A stretch of 64,000 bases of DNA, taken from NCBI GenBank assembly GCA_963704655.1, contig OY969927.1:1216001-1280000 (forward strand), given 5' to 3'. The position numbers and the translations under genes were made by a program. The stretch is from an uncultured Candidatus Babeliaceae bacterium. Lineage in GTDB: Bacteria; Babelota; Babeliae; Babelales; Babelaceae. Shown one piece after another: positions 1 through 9,711 of this stretch (its first letter is position 1; each line of letters opens with the position of its first letter). The notes beneath the pieces were generated by a model. The model was not told where the DNA came from. It did no database searches and saw only the letters and a program-made list of their open reading frames with translations.

Positions 1-2133
1 GGCGTATTCAGCATTAATAGGTCGCTGAGTAAGTGCAGAAAGAATCGAAGTCAGCATGGTTATACCAGCAGATGGGCCGTCTTTTGGAATAGCGCCTGCA
101 GGAACGTGAATATGTACGTCATAGTCGGTGAACATTTTTGGGTCGATACTAAATTCTTGGGCATGTGCGCATGCATAACTCATAGCAGCTTGTGCAGATT
201 CTTTCATGACATCACCAAGTTGGCCGGTGAGTAATAATCTCCCTTTACCCGGCATAGTGATCGCTTCAATTTTGAGTATTTCGCCACCAACAGAGGTCCA
301 GGCAAGGCCGTTGGTTATTCCAACTAATGCGCGATGGTCAAATTCATCGTCAACATATTTTCTTGGCCCCAGATATTGTTCAAGGTTTTCTTGAGTAATT
401 GTTTCAACCGTGTTTTTTTCAACAAAGATTCGGGCGATTTTTGAACATATTTTTTTCAATGTTCTATCAAGTTCACGAACCCCTGCTTCACGGGTGTAGC
501 TATTGATAATATCAAGCAGCGTTTCTTCTGCTAATTCAAATTGTGCATTAACTAATCCGCTTTCGTTAATTGCGCGGTTAACCAGATGTTTTTTTGCGAT
601 TTCTTTTTTCTCTTCGCTGGTGTAGCCGCTTAAATAGATGATTTCCATACGGTCACGTAACGGCTCAGAAAGATTTTCTAGGTTATTAGCAGTTGCGATA
701 AAAAGTACTTGTGAGAAATCAAATGGGATGCCCAAGTAGTTATCGTAAAACGTTTTGTTTTGTTGTGGATCTAAAATCTCAAGCATAGCCGCTGACGGGT
801 CGCCTCTAAAATCTGCGCCGATTTTATCAAGTTCGTCGATAATAATAACCGGGTTACATGAGCCAGCCTTGCGCATGCCCTGGATAAATCTTCCTGGCAT
901 TGCGCCGACATAGGTTCTTCTGTGGCCACGAATTTCTGCCTCGTCTTTGACGCCGCCCAGTGATACGCGGTAATATTCTCTGCCTAATGCGCGTGCAATA
1001 GATTTACCTAAGGAAGTTTTACCGGTACCTGGAGGGCCCGCAAAGCATAAAATTGGTGCATAGCCATCTTTTTTTAATTTTTTTATCGAGATAAAATCTA
1101 AAATTCTATCTTTAATCTCTTTAAGGCCATAGTGATCTTCATCTAAAACTTGTTGAGCATGTGCAAGATCAAGATTATCTTCTGTGGTGATGCCCCACGG
1201 TAGTGAAAGTGCAAGATCAAGATAGTTTCTTAAAACCGCAGCTTCCATAGAGTCTGGGGATGTTTTTTCAAGTCTATTCATTTGGCGTGAAATTTCTGTG
1301 CGCGCTTCTTCTGGCAATGGCAATGTATCCAGTTTTGCACGAATTTTATCAACCTCTTGGGTCTCTTCATCGCCGAGTTCTTTTTTAATTGCTTTAAGCT
1401 GTTCGCGTAAGTAAAACTCTTTCTGTGATTTGTTCATTGAATCGCGCGTGCTGTTTTTAATGCGTTCTTGTGCCTGGTTTACTTCTATTTCTTGTGAAAT
1501 AAGTAAATAAAGACCTTCAAGAAATTCTATAAAAGTTCCTGATTCTAAAAGCGCTTGAGCCGCTTCTACGTTAAGCGTTAAGTGTGACAAAATAAATTCG
1601 GCAATTTTTTCTGGGTCATGCATTTTTGATAATATTAAATGGAAATCTGGGCTCAATGACTGGCCCGCAAGTGACATAGTTTCAGATATTGCTTTAATAT
1701 TTTTGATAACTGCATTAATCTCTGGCGTATCAAGATTTTCCTGAGAACTTATGCGATGTACGGTAGCATTTAATAATTCTTGGTCCGCACTGATAGCGCT
1801 GACAAAACCTTTATCAATGCCTTGAACCAAGATTTTGATGCCGCCTTCTGGTATTTTAATAAGGCGCATAATTGAACCAATAGTGCCCACTTCGTAGAGG
1901 TCCTTGGTGCCGATGGCACCTTGGTGGTTATGTGATTGCTTACGTGAGGCGATAAGGAAAACTTTTTTAGTATCATCATCGATGCTTTTTTGAATGCCTT
2001 TTATAATTCGTTCATCAAGCACCAGTAGCGGTACAATCATGCGGGGAAAAACGACGATGTCCATTGTCGGAATCACCGGCAGAATTTCTGGCGCTATGTT
2101 GTCATGAACTGACGATTTGAGATTTTTTTTCAT
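1..2133 (-). CDS. lon: ATP-dependent Lon protease (3' end runs off the window; absent from the ORF track)
   Basis: Manual translation from ATG at 2133 (AGAGGGG-type RBS upstream): MKKNLKSS...ILPVIPTMDIVVFP (Lon N-domain), Walker A GPPGTGKTS, EAEIRGHRRTYVGAMPG, Walker B IIIDELDK, protease motif HIHVPAGAIPKDGPSAG. Confidence 0.97.
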   Translation of the reverse strand, partial: MKKNLKSSVHDNIAPEILPVIPTMDIVVFPRMIVPLLVLDERIIKGIQKSIDDDTKKVFLIASRKQSHNHQGAIGTKDLYEVGTIGSIMRLIKIPEGGIKILVQGIDKGFVSAISADQELLNATVHRISSQENLDTPEINAVIKNIKAISETMSLAGQSLSPDFHLILSKMHDPEKIAEFILSHLTLNVEAAQALLESGTFIEFLEGLYLLISQEIEVNQAQERIKNSTRDSMNKSQKEFYLREQLKAIKKELGDEETQEVDKIRAKLDTLPLPEEARTEISRQMNRLEKTSPDSMEAAVLRNYLDLALSLPWGITTEDNLDLAHAQQVLDEDHYGLKEIKDRILDFISIKKLKKDGYAPILCFAGPPGTGKTSLGKSIARALGREYYRVSLGGVKDEAEIRGHRRTYVGAMPGRFIQGMRKAGSCNPVIIIDELDKIGADFRGDPSAAMLEILDPQQNKTFYDNYLGIPFDFSQVLFIATANNLENLSEPLRDRMEIIYLSGYTSEEKKEIAKKHLVNRAINESGLVNAQFELAEETLLDIINSYTREAGVRELDRTLKKICSKIARIFVEKNTVETITQENLEQYLGPRKYVDDEFDHRALVGITNGLAWTSVGGEILKIEAITMPGKGRLLLTGQLGDVMKESAQAAMSYACAHAQEFSIDPKMFTDYDVHIHVPAGAIPKDGPSAGITMLTSILSALTQRPINAEYA

Positions 2134-2222
2134 TACAGTTTTCCCCTCTTACGTATTTGTCCCTTATTCCCAGTCTACGTGGGTAATATTTCCAAATACA
2201 AGACTTTGGGGTAAGAGGGTTG

Positions 2223-3107
2223 TTATTTTTTATTAATATTCTTAATTTCTTCCAATTTATTTTTGGCAAGTTCTTGTGTAACTGGATTTATATCCTTTTT
2301 AGGAATCTTTAGAATTTCTTTATAGAGTTTTTCTGGCGCAAGGTTGCCAGAATTTATGTTAAACTTCGATTGATATGTTTGGTTTTCTTCTAATAATTTT
2401 TTATCTATGAGTTCTTTAATTTCTTGGTGTAAGTTTGACCAGCTAAATTCAGTAAAAATAACTGCTAATGTTTTTAAATATTGGGCACGAGCATAATTTT
2501 TAAGATGATTTTCAAAAGGTCTGTGAGTCGGATACGCTTCTTGAATAAACTTTGAAATTATTTTCCATTTTTCATCCTCAGAAACGGCTGGTTCAATGAG
2601 TAATTTTACATTTTTGAGTATCTCTTTGTCGACCTTTTCCTGGGCATCTTTAATTTTTTTCAGTTCTATAAGGTTAGGATTTACACGTTGTAACACAAGG
2701 CCGATCTTTAAAGGTGTACTTTTTTCAAATGGCTCGGTTAAAGGCTTTTGTTTATTCAACATTTTCAGTGCGTTTTGAAATTTTTCTTTAAACGTCTGCC
2801 ATTTTTGGCGATCTGTACTTTGATAAGATTCTTGTACCGTTTCTTGCTGTTTGAGGTGCTCTTTAATATGCGATTTTAAAATTTCAAACTCAACATAGTC
2901 TTTTTGTTTTGCCGGATTTTTAACGGCTTCTACGAGTAAATCCTTTAATGCTTTTTCATCAAGGTTTTGTTTTATGATCTGTGGTTTTGTATTTAATGAT
3001 CGCATAAGCGCTTTATAATAGCCTTCATAGAGCGGTCTTGCTCGCATGCCATTAAGGTTAAAAGGCATAAGTAATAGACCAGATAAAATGAAATTTTTTA
3101 TGCGCAT
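2223..3107 (-). CDS. Hypothetical exported protein, lysine-rich and helical
   Basis: 294 aa ORF, signal peptide MRIKNFILSGLLLMPFNLNG-M, GGGGGCGGG upstream. Confidence 0.75.
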   Translation of the reverse strand: MRIKNFILSGLLLMPFNLNGMRARPLYEGYYKALMRSLNTKPQIIKQNLDEKALKDLLVEAVKNPAKQKDYVEFEILKSHIKEHLKQQETVQESYQSTDRQKWQTFKEKFQNALKMLNKQKPLTEPFEKSTPLKIGLVLQRVNPNLIELKKIKDAQEKVDKEILKNVKLLIEPAVSEDEKWKIISKFIQEAYPTHRPFENHLKNYARAQYLKTLAVIFTEFSWSNLHQEIKELIDKKLLEENQTYQSKFNINSGNLAPEKLYKEILKIPKKDINPVTQELAKNKLEEIKNINKK

Positions 3108-3182
3108 CCCCGCCCCCCTTTTACTGAGATATCTAAGTTACTTTAAAAATATCATAACTAATTTCAAATTGTCAATATTATT

Positions 3183-3755
3183 CTACTGTTGGGTACAGCC
3201 TTCTATAGAGCGGCCAAGATAGGCAAGATGTTCGTAAATAGAACCGATATCTTCCAATTGGTCTTCATGCAGTTTTTCAGCTAAATATGAAGAAAAGTCT
3301 TGTTCGGAATTTTTTGGTGAGGGTAAAGGCTCCCGGCTGGCTATTCTTTCAGCAAAGTGGTGCAATTCAATTAAGTGGCTCGCCGCTTCAAAAAATTTGA
3401 TTTTTATTTTTCTTGTGAGCTGCCCATGGTTTGCTGTGTTTGCGATCTGTTTTATTCTCTCGCTTGAGAAAAATATATTGAAATCGGTATCTTTAGGGTC
3501 AAAATGCTCAAGTAGTCTATTAAAGCCAAAGTAAATTTGATTGTTGATAATATGAGTAAGAATGGTTTTGCAATTATCGACTGGATTTAAAAATGGAACT
3601 ATAAATTCAGGGCTTTTAAGCGCATGCGTCGAGATGGTAAGTAATATTTTATGCCGTGTGTCTTTATCAAAAGTAGCAAATAACGCTTTTGAAGCATTCA
3701 TTGCGTCAAGGGAAAAAGTAATAAATATGAAAGCTGAGAAAATTTTTTTTATCAT
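3183..3755 (-). CDS. Exported protein, tandem family member 1, C-terminus CTQQ
   Basis: Likely start MIKKIFS at 3755; shares FD..DTDF..FFS..R..QIA...ASHLI.LH with the two neighbours. Confidence 0.8.
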   Translation of the reverse strand: MIKKIFSAFIFITFSLDAMNASKALFATFDKDTRHKILLTISTHALKSPEFIVPFLNPVDNCKTILTHIINNQIYFGFNRLLEHFDPKDTDFNIFFSSERIKQIANTANHGQLTRKIKIKFFEAASHLIELHHFAERIASREPLPSPKNSEQDFSSYLAEKLHEDQLEDIGSIYEHLAYLGRSIEGCTQQ

Positions 3756-3859
3756 AATAAAAAAATTGTTAAAAAATAACGTATTGCTTTTATTATTGTT
3801 TATTAAAAACAACAAAATCGCAATACGTTATTTTAAAAATTAAAGATGAGTCTTTTTTT

Positions 3860-4595
3860 TTATGATTGTCTGCAATCTTCAAGGGCTTGCTTTAAGTCGA
3901 TTACCTGAATGCCAGATTTAGGATAAGCACTTGGATGAGCATCTTCATAAAAGTTCATTTTTGTTTTCAGAGCATCTAACTTTTCGTTAAGATCTTTAAC
4001 GGTCTCAGAAGCTTTGTTAGTTGTATCAAGTATGCATGCTAGATTCATGGAGAAATCGTTTGGTTCGATATTTTTGCATGCTGCCAATTCCAATCTCTCG
4101 CGTACTGTTTTTGCTTCATGATGTAAAATCATCAAGTGGCCTGCAAGTTGAAAATACATTTTTTTATGTTCACCTAAATCACGAGAGCGACCATCTGCCG
4201 CCATCTTTTCAATGCGTTCATCAGTGAAGAATTTTGCAAAATTGGTATGGTTTTCATCTAAGCCTTCGGTGACTTTGATTAAAGCGGCTGCGCCTTTAAG
4301 TCTAGGCTGTTTTTCTTGTATTGCTTCTAAAAGAGATTTCCCAGTGTTTTTTTTAGTTATCTGGTTATCAAAAGCATACGTCAGGAACAGTGGTAATGAA
4401 CTTTTGTCTTTGATAACCGGAAATATTGCATCAAAGGTTTCACCTAAATTTTCTGCTGCTTCCGTTGCTAGCGCATATAAGATTTCTGCTTTTGTTCGTT
4501 GATTATCGATACTTGCGTATTCAAAAACATTAACTTCACTTGCTTGTGCAGTTGCGCAGAGTAACGTGAGTAAAAGATAGAATTTTTTTTATCAT
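3860..4595 (-). pseudogene. Exported protein, tandem family member 2, frameshifted in a 5' A8 tract (244 aa if one A is removed), C-terminus CRQS
   Basis: The 5' end is nearly identical to 4621..5262 but has A8 instead of A7 after ATGAT. Removing one A opens MIKKFYLLLTLLCATAQASEV... in frame with ORF 3860..4204. Confidence 0.8.
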
Positions 4596-4620
4596 AATAA
4601 AGTCTATAAAAGAAGTTGTT

Positions 4621-5262
4621 TTATTGTAGTGGGCAGCCAAGTTCATAAAATTGATTTTGTGAGAAGGGTATAAGTGCTGGGCCATTAATTCTCTTTTCTA
4701 ATGACTCACGCTTTTGTTTGAGCAAATCGCTTTCCTGTAACGGGTTATGCAATCTTTTTACTAAATATGAAGCGAGACTATCAACACTATGGGTTTCTTG
4801 TATACCTATGGCAATACCATCGGCAATTTCCAATGCGTGCCCATGTAACTGAATTAAATGACTGGCTTGTGAAATATACAATGCTTTTTTATCGAAAGGC
4901 CAATTTGAATTTGTGGCTTGTTGAGCTATTTGATCTAAACGAGCATCAGAAAAGAATGTTTTAAAGTCTGTGTCAGCTTTGTCAAAAGACGTAGCAACGT
5001 TTTCTATATTACCATGTATCTGGTGATCTAAAATTTTTTTAAGTGTTTTTTCGCATATATCCCTCGATTCCAGCTCCTGAGGGTTTTCTGTTAAAAAAGG
5101 CACTATAGCAGTTTCAGGGTTTTTTAATGGTAGTGTCGATAGCCCAAGTAATACATGTAATCTTGTTGTTTCATCAAGAGAAGCAAATTTTGTAAGACTA
5201 TTTTCATTGGCATGTGCAGATGCGCAGAGTAACGTGAGTAAAAGATAGAATTTTTTTATCAT
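4621..5262 (-). CDS. Exported protein, tandem family member 3, C-terminus CPLQ
   Basis: Signal peptide MIKKFYLLLTLLCASAHA; shared family motif. Confidence 0.85.
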   Translation of the reverse strand: MIKKFYLLLTLLCASAHANENSLTKFASLDETTRLHVLLGLSTLPLKNPETAIVPFLTENPQELESRDICEKTLKKILDHQIHGNIENVATSFDKADTDFKTFFSDARLDQIAQQATNSNWPFDKKALYISQASHLIQLHGHALEIADGIAIGIQETHSVDSLASYLVKRLHNPLQESDLLKQKRESLEKRINGPALIPFSQNQFYELGCPLQ

Positions 5263-5368
5263 ACGTAACCTTTAAAGATACGGTTTATGTGATTTTGTTT
5301 ATAACTCACATAAGTATACCTATACTGTCCCCAAATGAATAGATTCAGCGTGATAAACGTACAATTAA

Positions 5369-5442
5369 CCCTTTCCATACATTCACCTGTGGTGAACACT
5401 TCCGACTTCGCCAAGGCTTCGACGGACAGGCAGGGTGCACGG
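5369..5442. repeat. REP-like palindromic repeat carrying a nested 30-bp second palindromic element (5401-5430)
   Basis: With 5401-5430 removed, the sequence matches the reverse complement of 24842-24886. Confidence 0.75.
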
Positions 5443-5463
5443 GATTTGAGTATGATAAATGTT

Positions 5464-6828
5464 TTACTTATAATTTAAGTACAGGTCGTTAACAAATATC
5501 TCTTGCGGGTCATATTGTCTTTTAAGTTTAATAAATTCATCAAACTGTGGGTATGCCGCATGAACTTGTTCTTTGGTTGCAAAGCATTGGTATGGCAAGT
5601 AAAAGGTGCCATGGCACTCGAGGGCTGCGTTAATAAGCTCGCGTGTCCAAAGCTGTGCAACTTCAAATGCTGCTTTGCTGTTTTCTAGCGATATAAAAAG
5701 AACCAGTGCGCTGCATGTTTCAGGAGCATAGCTTAAAAAGCTTGTGGTATCTTTTTTTACTAAACGAAGCGTGCCATTTAAAAGGTTCACATTATTCTTT
5801 TGAAGAATAACTTTTGCTTTATCAACGAATTTCTTAAAATCTTTTAAGGGAATAAAATATTCTTGCAAGATATCTATATGTGTCGACCTGGTTTCTTGTA
5901 AATGATCGGTAGCAAAATGCATGAAGTTATTTCTTGATTTAGTTACTTCTAATTCTATCAGATGCTTTTCTACAAATAAGCGAACATTTTTTACAAAGGG
6001 AACATCTCTCAAAAAGCCAAATAACTTTTGTGAGATATACGTTTTTATTGATGAAAGTGGCTTTAATTTCTCTGTAGTTATCTTTTTAGTGTCATGATAC
6101 GTAAGCGTAAGCATGGTATCAAAAAAATTCTCTGAGCCGATCGTAAAACGCGCAGAAAAAAGTGCAATATTATTGTTGGCAAGAGTTTTCTGCGTTAATG
6201 AGTCAAGATGTCTTTTTGTGTTAACAACCTTAACTCTTTTTTTTAACATCGTGTTATCAATAAGTTGCAAAGTAACTTCTGTGATAATGCCAAAAAGACC
6301 ATACCCACCAATAACGGCATGGTAAAGTTCTGCATTTTTAGTAGGGCTTAAGGTCACTTTTTCGCCTTGGGCATTAATAATAACCATTGAAATAACGGTG
6401 CTTCCCACTGGAGCATATCTAAAATCTTGGCCGTGGGCATTTACGCCAATAGAGCCACCAACAGAGAAATCACAATAAGACTGCATAGCAGCAACCGCGA
6501 GCCCGAACGGGTTAATATATTCTTGAATCTCTTTCCAGCTTATTCCAGCCTGAACGGTGATAGTTTTTGAACTTATATCTAAGTTTAAAATTTTGTTAAG
6601 GCCCTGTAGATCGATAACTGTTGTATCGCACAGGGTATTTTTAACACTAACCCCTTTGCCAGCGCCTTTTATGGTAACATTGGTTTTGTTTGTAGCGGCA
6701 GTTTTTACGGCTTGCTCGATTGCATCAACATTTTTGGGTGCAATTAATGTTACACTATGCGCATGTGTGGTATAGGTCGATAAAATTGTCATTAAAGACA
6801 AGAAAGTTTTTTTCAGAAATAGTTTCAT
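5464..6828 (-). CDS. FAD-binding oxidoreductase (VAO/PCMH fold; aldonolactone oxidase/DprE1-like)
   Basis: ITVQAGISW, FSVGGSIGVNAHG, VIGGYGLFGIITEVTL, ILQEYFIP, GTFYLPY, KRQYDP; N-terminal signal-like segment. Confidence 0.9.
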   Translation of the reverse strand: MKLFLKKTFLSLMTILSTYTTHAHSVTLIAPKNVDAIEQAVKTAATNKTNVTIKGAGKGVSVKNTLCDTTVIDLQGLNKILNLDISSKTITVQAGISWKEIQEYINPFGLAVAAMQSYCDFSVGGSIGVNAHGQDFRYAPVGSTVISMVIINAQGEKVTLSPTKNAELYHAVIGGYGLFGIITEVTLQLIDNTMLKKRVKVVNTKRHLDSLTQKTLANNNIALFSARFTIGSENFFDTMLTLTYHDTKKITTEKLKPLSSIKTYISQKLFGFLRDVPFVKNVRLFVEKHLIELEVTKSRNNFMHFATDHLQETRSTHIDILQEYFIPLKDFKKFVDKAKVILQKNNVNLLNGTLRLVKKDTTSFLSYAPETCSALVLFISLENSKAAFEVAQLWTRELINAALECHGTFYLPYQCFATKEQVHAAYPQFDEFIKLKRQYDPQEIFVNDLYLNYK

Positions 6829-6890
6829 AAGTTAGGTCTCCAAAACGCTTAATTAATTCTATTATTAATATTGGCATTATGGGGAAAATT

Positions 6891-6969
6891 TGTCAAAGGG
6901 CCCTTAATTAAGGGCTCTGGATGCTCATATCTTCGTGCAAATTGACAAATAAGCAATATGCTATAAGCT
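6891..6969. promoter_or_regulatory. Divergent sigma70-like promoters with a 16-bp perfect palindrome between them
   Basis: TTGACA on the - strand (6891-6896) and + strand (6942-6947); GCCCTTAATTAAGGGC at 6900-6915. Confidence 0.5.
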
Positions 6970-6986
6970 TATTAGTATAAAGAAAT

Positions 6987-8702
6987 ATGAAAGAAAAAAT
7001 AATGAAGTTAATTAAACTAGTGGCCGTTGCTGTAATAATGGCATTCACCCTTCAAAATAGTGCACATGGCCCAGAAAGCCATTTACATAACGTTTTTTAT
7101 ACCCCTGCATTGCGCGAGCAATTTAGCCTGTTTATTGACAATGTTTTAAAACAGGTCCCTTCGACAGATTTTTTTGCGCATATAGATAAGATGCCGGGTA
7201 TTGGTTTTGTGCCTACTGATAGCGATGTTTATGAGCAATTATTGCCTGAAATTAACGCCTTAACGCCACGATTTTCACTTTATTATAAAATGGCATCATT
7301 GCAGAACCAGAAAAGTGTTCTTTCTGGGCAAATTCAAGAGCTTTTAGCTGATAAAAAAAGTATAGATGGCTGTGTTGAAATAGGTGGTCCTGGTACTTAT
7401 ACCAGCTGCATCAAAAAATTTATAACCGTTACTGGCGATATTTATGCAATAAATGATAAGCAAGAGGCAAGTGACCGTATTAAAGCATTTAGCTTTAACA
7501 TCAAAAACGGGTTTTTGCCGTATAATCATTTTGTGCCATTACAAGATTACGCGTCTATCGCCGAAGAAGTTATTCCAAGTAATAGTGTAGACTTGGTCAT
7601 CTGTGCTATTGGGTTGCACCATATTCCTGTAGAAAAATTATCTGATTTTGTTGCATCGATTCATAGAATCTTGCGCCCAGGTGGCACATTTATTGTGCGT
7701 GACCATGATGTTATTAATGATGATATTATGGACTTAACCCATGCTGCGCATAGCGTATATAATCTGCTTATGGTTAATGAGCCGTTAGAAAACGAGCGAG
7801 CAGAATTTAGAAACTTTAAAGCATTATCTTACTGGATTGAACTTTTACAACAACACGGTTTTGAAGTTGGCTCTGAGCGCCTTTTACAAAAGGGTGATCC
7901 AACACATAACACGATGTTAAAATTTACAAAAATTGCACAAACTGAGCCTGAAAAAGTTTTGCAAATTTCACATGATATAAGCAAAGAGCCTGGGTACCAA
8001 GCCAAGTTTATTGATACTTTTTTAAAGACCACCGAATGGTTTAATGTTGATATGACGCAAGAGTATGCAAAATTTATCGATTATAGGCCCTTTTATGAGT
8101 TTCCGTGGTTTGAAAGCGTTGGTCTTTATTGGGATCTATTTGCAAAATCGTGGAAAGTTGCTGCTAAAAAAACAAGCCATTGGGCTGTTTTGAGTTCAAC
8201 AGAGACAGGGATGAATCTTTTTATCGGTGTAACTATGACATTAGAATATGTCGCTAAAGGTATAATATCATGGCCTATTCGTATGGCTATTGCAGGTGTT
8301 GCTCCAGATAAAATTACCCTGTTTATTAATGATCGTGACAATAATGTTGAGTCATTTGATAGTCGCATCAAAATCGCTCAGCAGTATGCCAATAGCAGCC
8401 TTAAAGTTATTGATACTCCACGTTATAAAGAGTTTTTAGATATCTTGGTGGAGCTTAAAAAGTCGAATATAACTATTCTAGAAATTGCCGGTAATAAAGA
8501 GATTCAGATAAAAGTTCGCAAGAAAAATAGTATCCCTATGAATCTTACTATCCAAGGCACTGCAATCTTATACGATTGGCAGATCCCTACGCAGCAAGAT
8601 TATACCTATTATGCTTTATCTGTGCAGGTAGATAAACTTCTTGATGTCATGAGAGATTTTTCTGCTCACGGTATTGAAGTTTTATACGTTCATGATTTTT
8701 AA
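6987..8702 (+). CDS. Class I SAM-dependent methyltransferase-domain protein with an uncharacterised C-terminal domain
   Basis: VEIGGPG motif I, VDLVICAIGLHHI, RILRPGGTFIVRDHD; C-terminal TFLKTTEWF...EYA...IGVTMTLEY domain. Confidence 0.75.
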   Translation: MKEKIMKLIKLVAVAVIMAFTLQNSAHGPESHLHNVFYTPALREQFSLFIDNVLKQVPSTDFFAHIDKMPGIGFVPTDSDVYEQLLPEINALTPRFSLYYKMASLQNQKSVLSGQIQELLADKKSIDGCVEIGGPGTYTSCIKKFITVTGDIYAINDKQEASDRIKAFSFNIKNGFLPYNHFVPLQDYASIAEEVIPSNSVDLVICAIGLHHIPVEKLSDFVASIHRILRPGGTFIVRDHDVINDDIMDLTHAAHSVYNLLMVNEPLENERAEFRNFKALSYWIELLQQHGFEVGSERLLQKGDPTHNTMLKFTKIAQTEPEKVLQISHDISKEPGYQAKFIDTFLKTTEWFNVDMTQEYAKFIDYRPFYEFPWFESVGLYWDLFAKSWKVAAKKTSHWAVLSSTETGMNLFIGVTMTLEYVAKGIISWPIRMAIAGVAPDKITLFINDRDNNVESFDSRIKIAQQYANSSLKVIDTPRYKEFLDILVELKKSNITILEIAGNKEIQIKVRKKNSIPMNLTIQGTAILYDWQIPTQQDYTYYALSVQVDKLLDVMRDFSAHGIEVLYVHDF

Positions 8703-9049
8703 TAGTGAAGATACTGAGCATTTTTTGTGTCTTTAAGCGCTTGTAGCGCTTCAGGAGCATCCGCAAAAATTGCTGCCATGAGTTTCGTTTCTTTCGATAT
8801 TATTTCCGTAGCTTTTAAATTATTAACAAGCTGGAAAAAATATCGTAACTCTTTCTGGGTAGTTTTGAGTACCTCAGAAGGTTTTAATGTTTTTCCCCCG
8901 AGTGCTGAAACGATATTTGAGTTGTTTACAAAAAGTTCAAAACCATTATTTGTTAAACGGTCCCTGAGCATGTTTTCAGAAGGAATGGTAACTTCCATTG
9001 CTTGAGCTACACAAGGCAAAAGCAAGCTACATAAAAATATCTTTTTCAT
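8699..9049 (-). CDS. Small exported hypothetical protein
   Basis: MKKIFLCSLLLPCVAQA-MEV signal peptide. Confidence 0.75.
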   Translation of the reverse strand: MKKIFLCSLLLPCVAQAMEVTIPSENMLRDRLTNNGFELFVNNSNIVSALGGKTLKPSEVLKTTQKELRYFFQLVNNLKATEIISKETKLMAAIFADAPEALQALKDTKNAQYLHY

Positions 9050-9081
9050 AGACTCTTCCTATAAAAATGTCTGAGTTTATT

Positions 9082-9576
9082 TCAAAATTCATTATCATCT
9101 TCAAAAGATTTTATAATCTCGTTAAGGGCGCGTTGCTTAGGTGAACCTTCCCAGATTCTTCTTTGGAGTTCATTCACGCATTGTTCAGCATAGACAGCTT
9201 CCTTATAAGTTAATTTTTCGCGTGCTATAAGTATATATTTGGAGGAGTCTAGGATACTTTCTGCTTTATTAAAGATAGCGAGTATAGGCAATTCTCTTTC
9301 TAATAAGTGTATTATCACATTATCTTGTATAGGTGAGCAATGTACTGCGATATCGATTGCGGTTAATTCTGTTACTTCATAGCCCTTAAATAGTGATGAT
9401 AAAAGCAATATTCCTGAAAGTGTTTTTCGAGGGAAATATGTTTCTAATTCTGCTACACGATCTTCTAGATTTGGGAATTGTCCTAAAAGGTTTAAAGCCT
9501 CTTCAACATTACTTTTTTCCATAGCATTGCAGCTTAGAATGACAGATATTCCTATAAGAAGTATCTTTTTTACCAT
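9082..9576 (-). CDS. Exported hypothetical protein
   Basis: MVKKILLIGISVILSCNA-MEK signal peptide. Confidence 0.75.
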   Translation of the reverse strand: MVKKILLIGISVILSCNAMEKSNVEEALNLLGQFPNLEDRVAELETYFPRKTLSGILLLSSLFKGYEVTELTAIDIAVHCSPIQDNVIIHLLERELPILAIFNKAESILDSSKYILIAREKLTYKEAVYAEQCVNELQRRIWEGSPKQRALNEIIKSFEDDNEF

Positions 9577-9711
9577 TGAGAGCCCTTTTTAAACGAGACT
9601 ATATTCTTAAGGTATCCCTTTTTTCTACCTCTTGCCAATAAATTTTAAATAAAATAGTTTTTGTTATACTATTTAATGTTTTGTACAATTACTATTTTTT
9701 AGGGCAAACTT

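Noticed and set aside
206-1979. Short ORFs 206..394 and 1770..1979
   Set aside because: Shadow or alternate-frame ORFs within lon.
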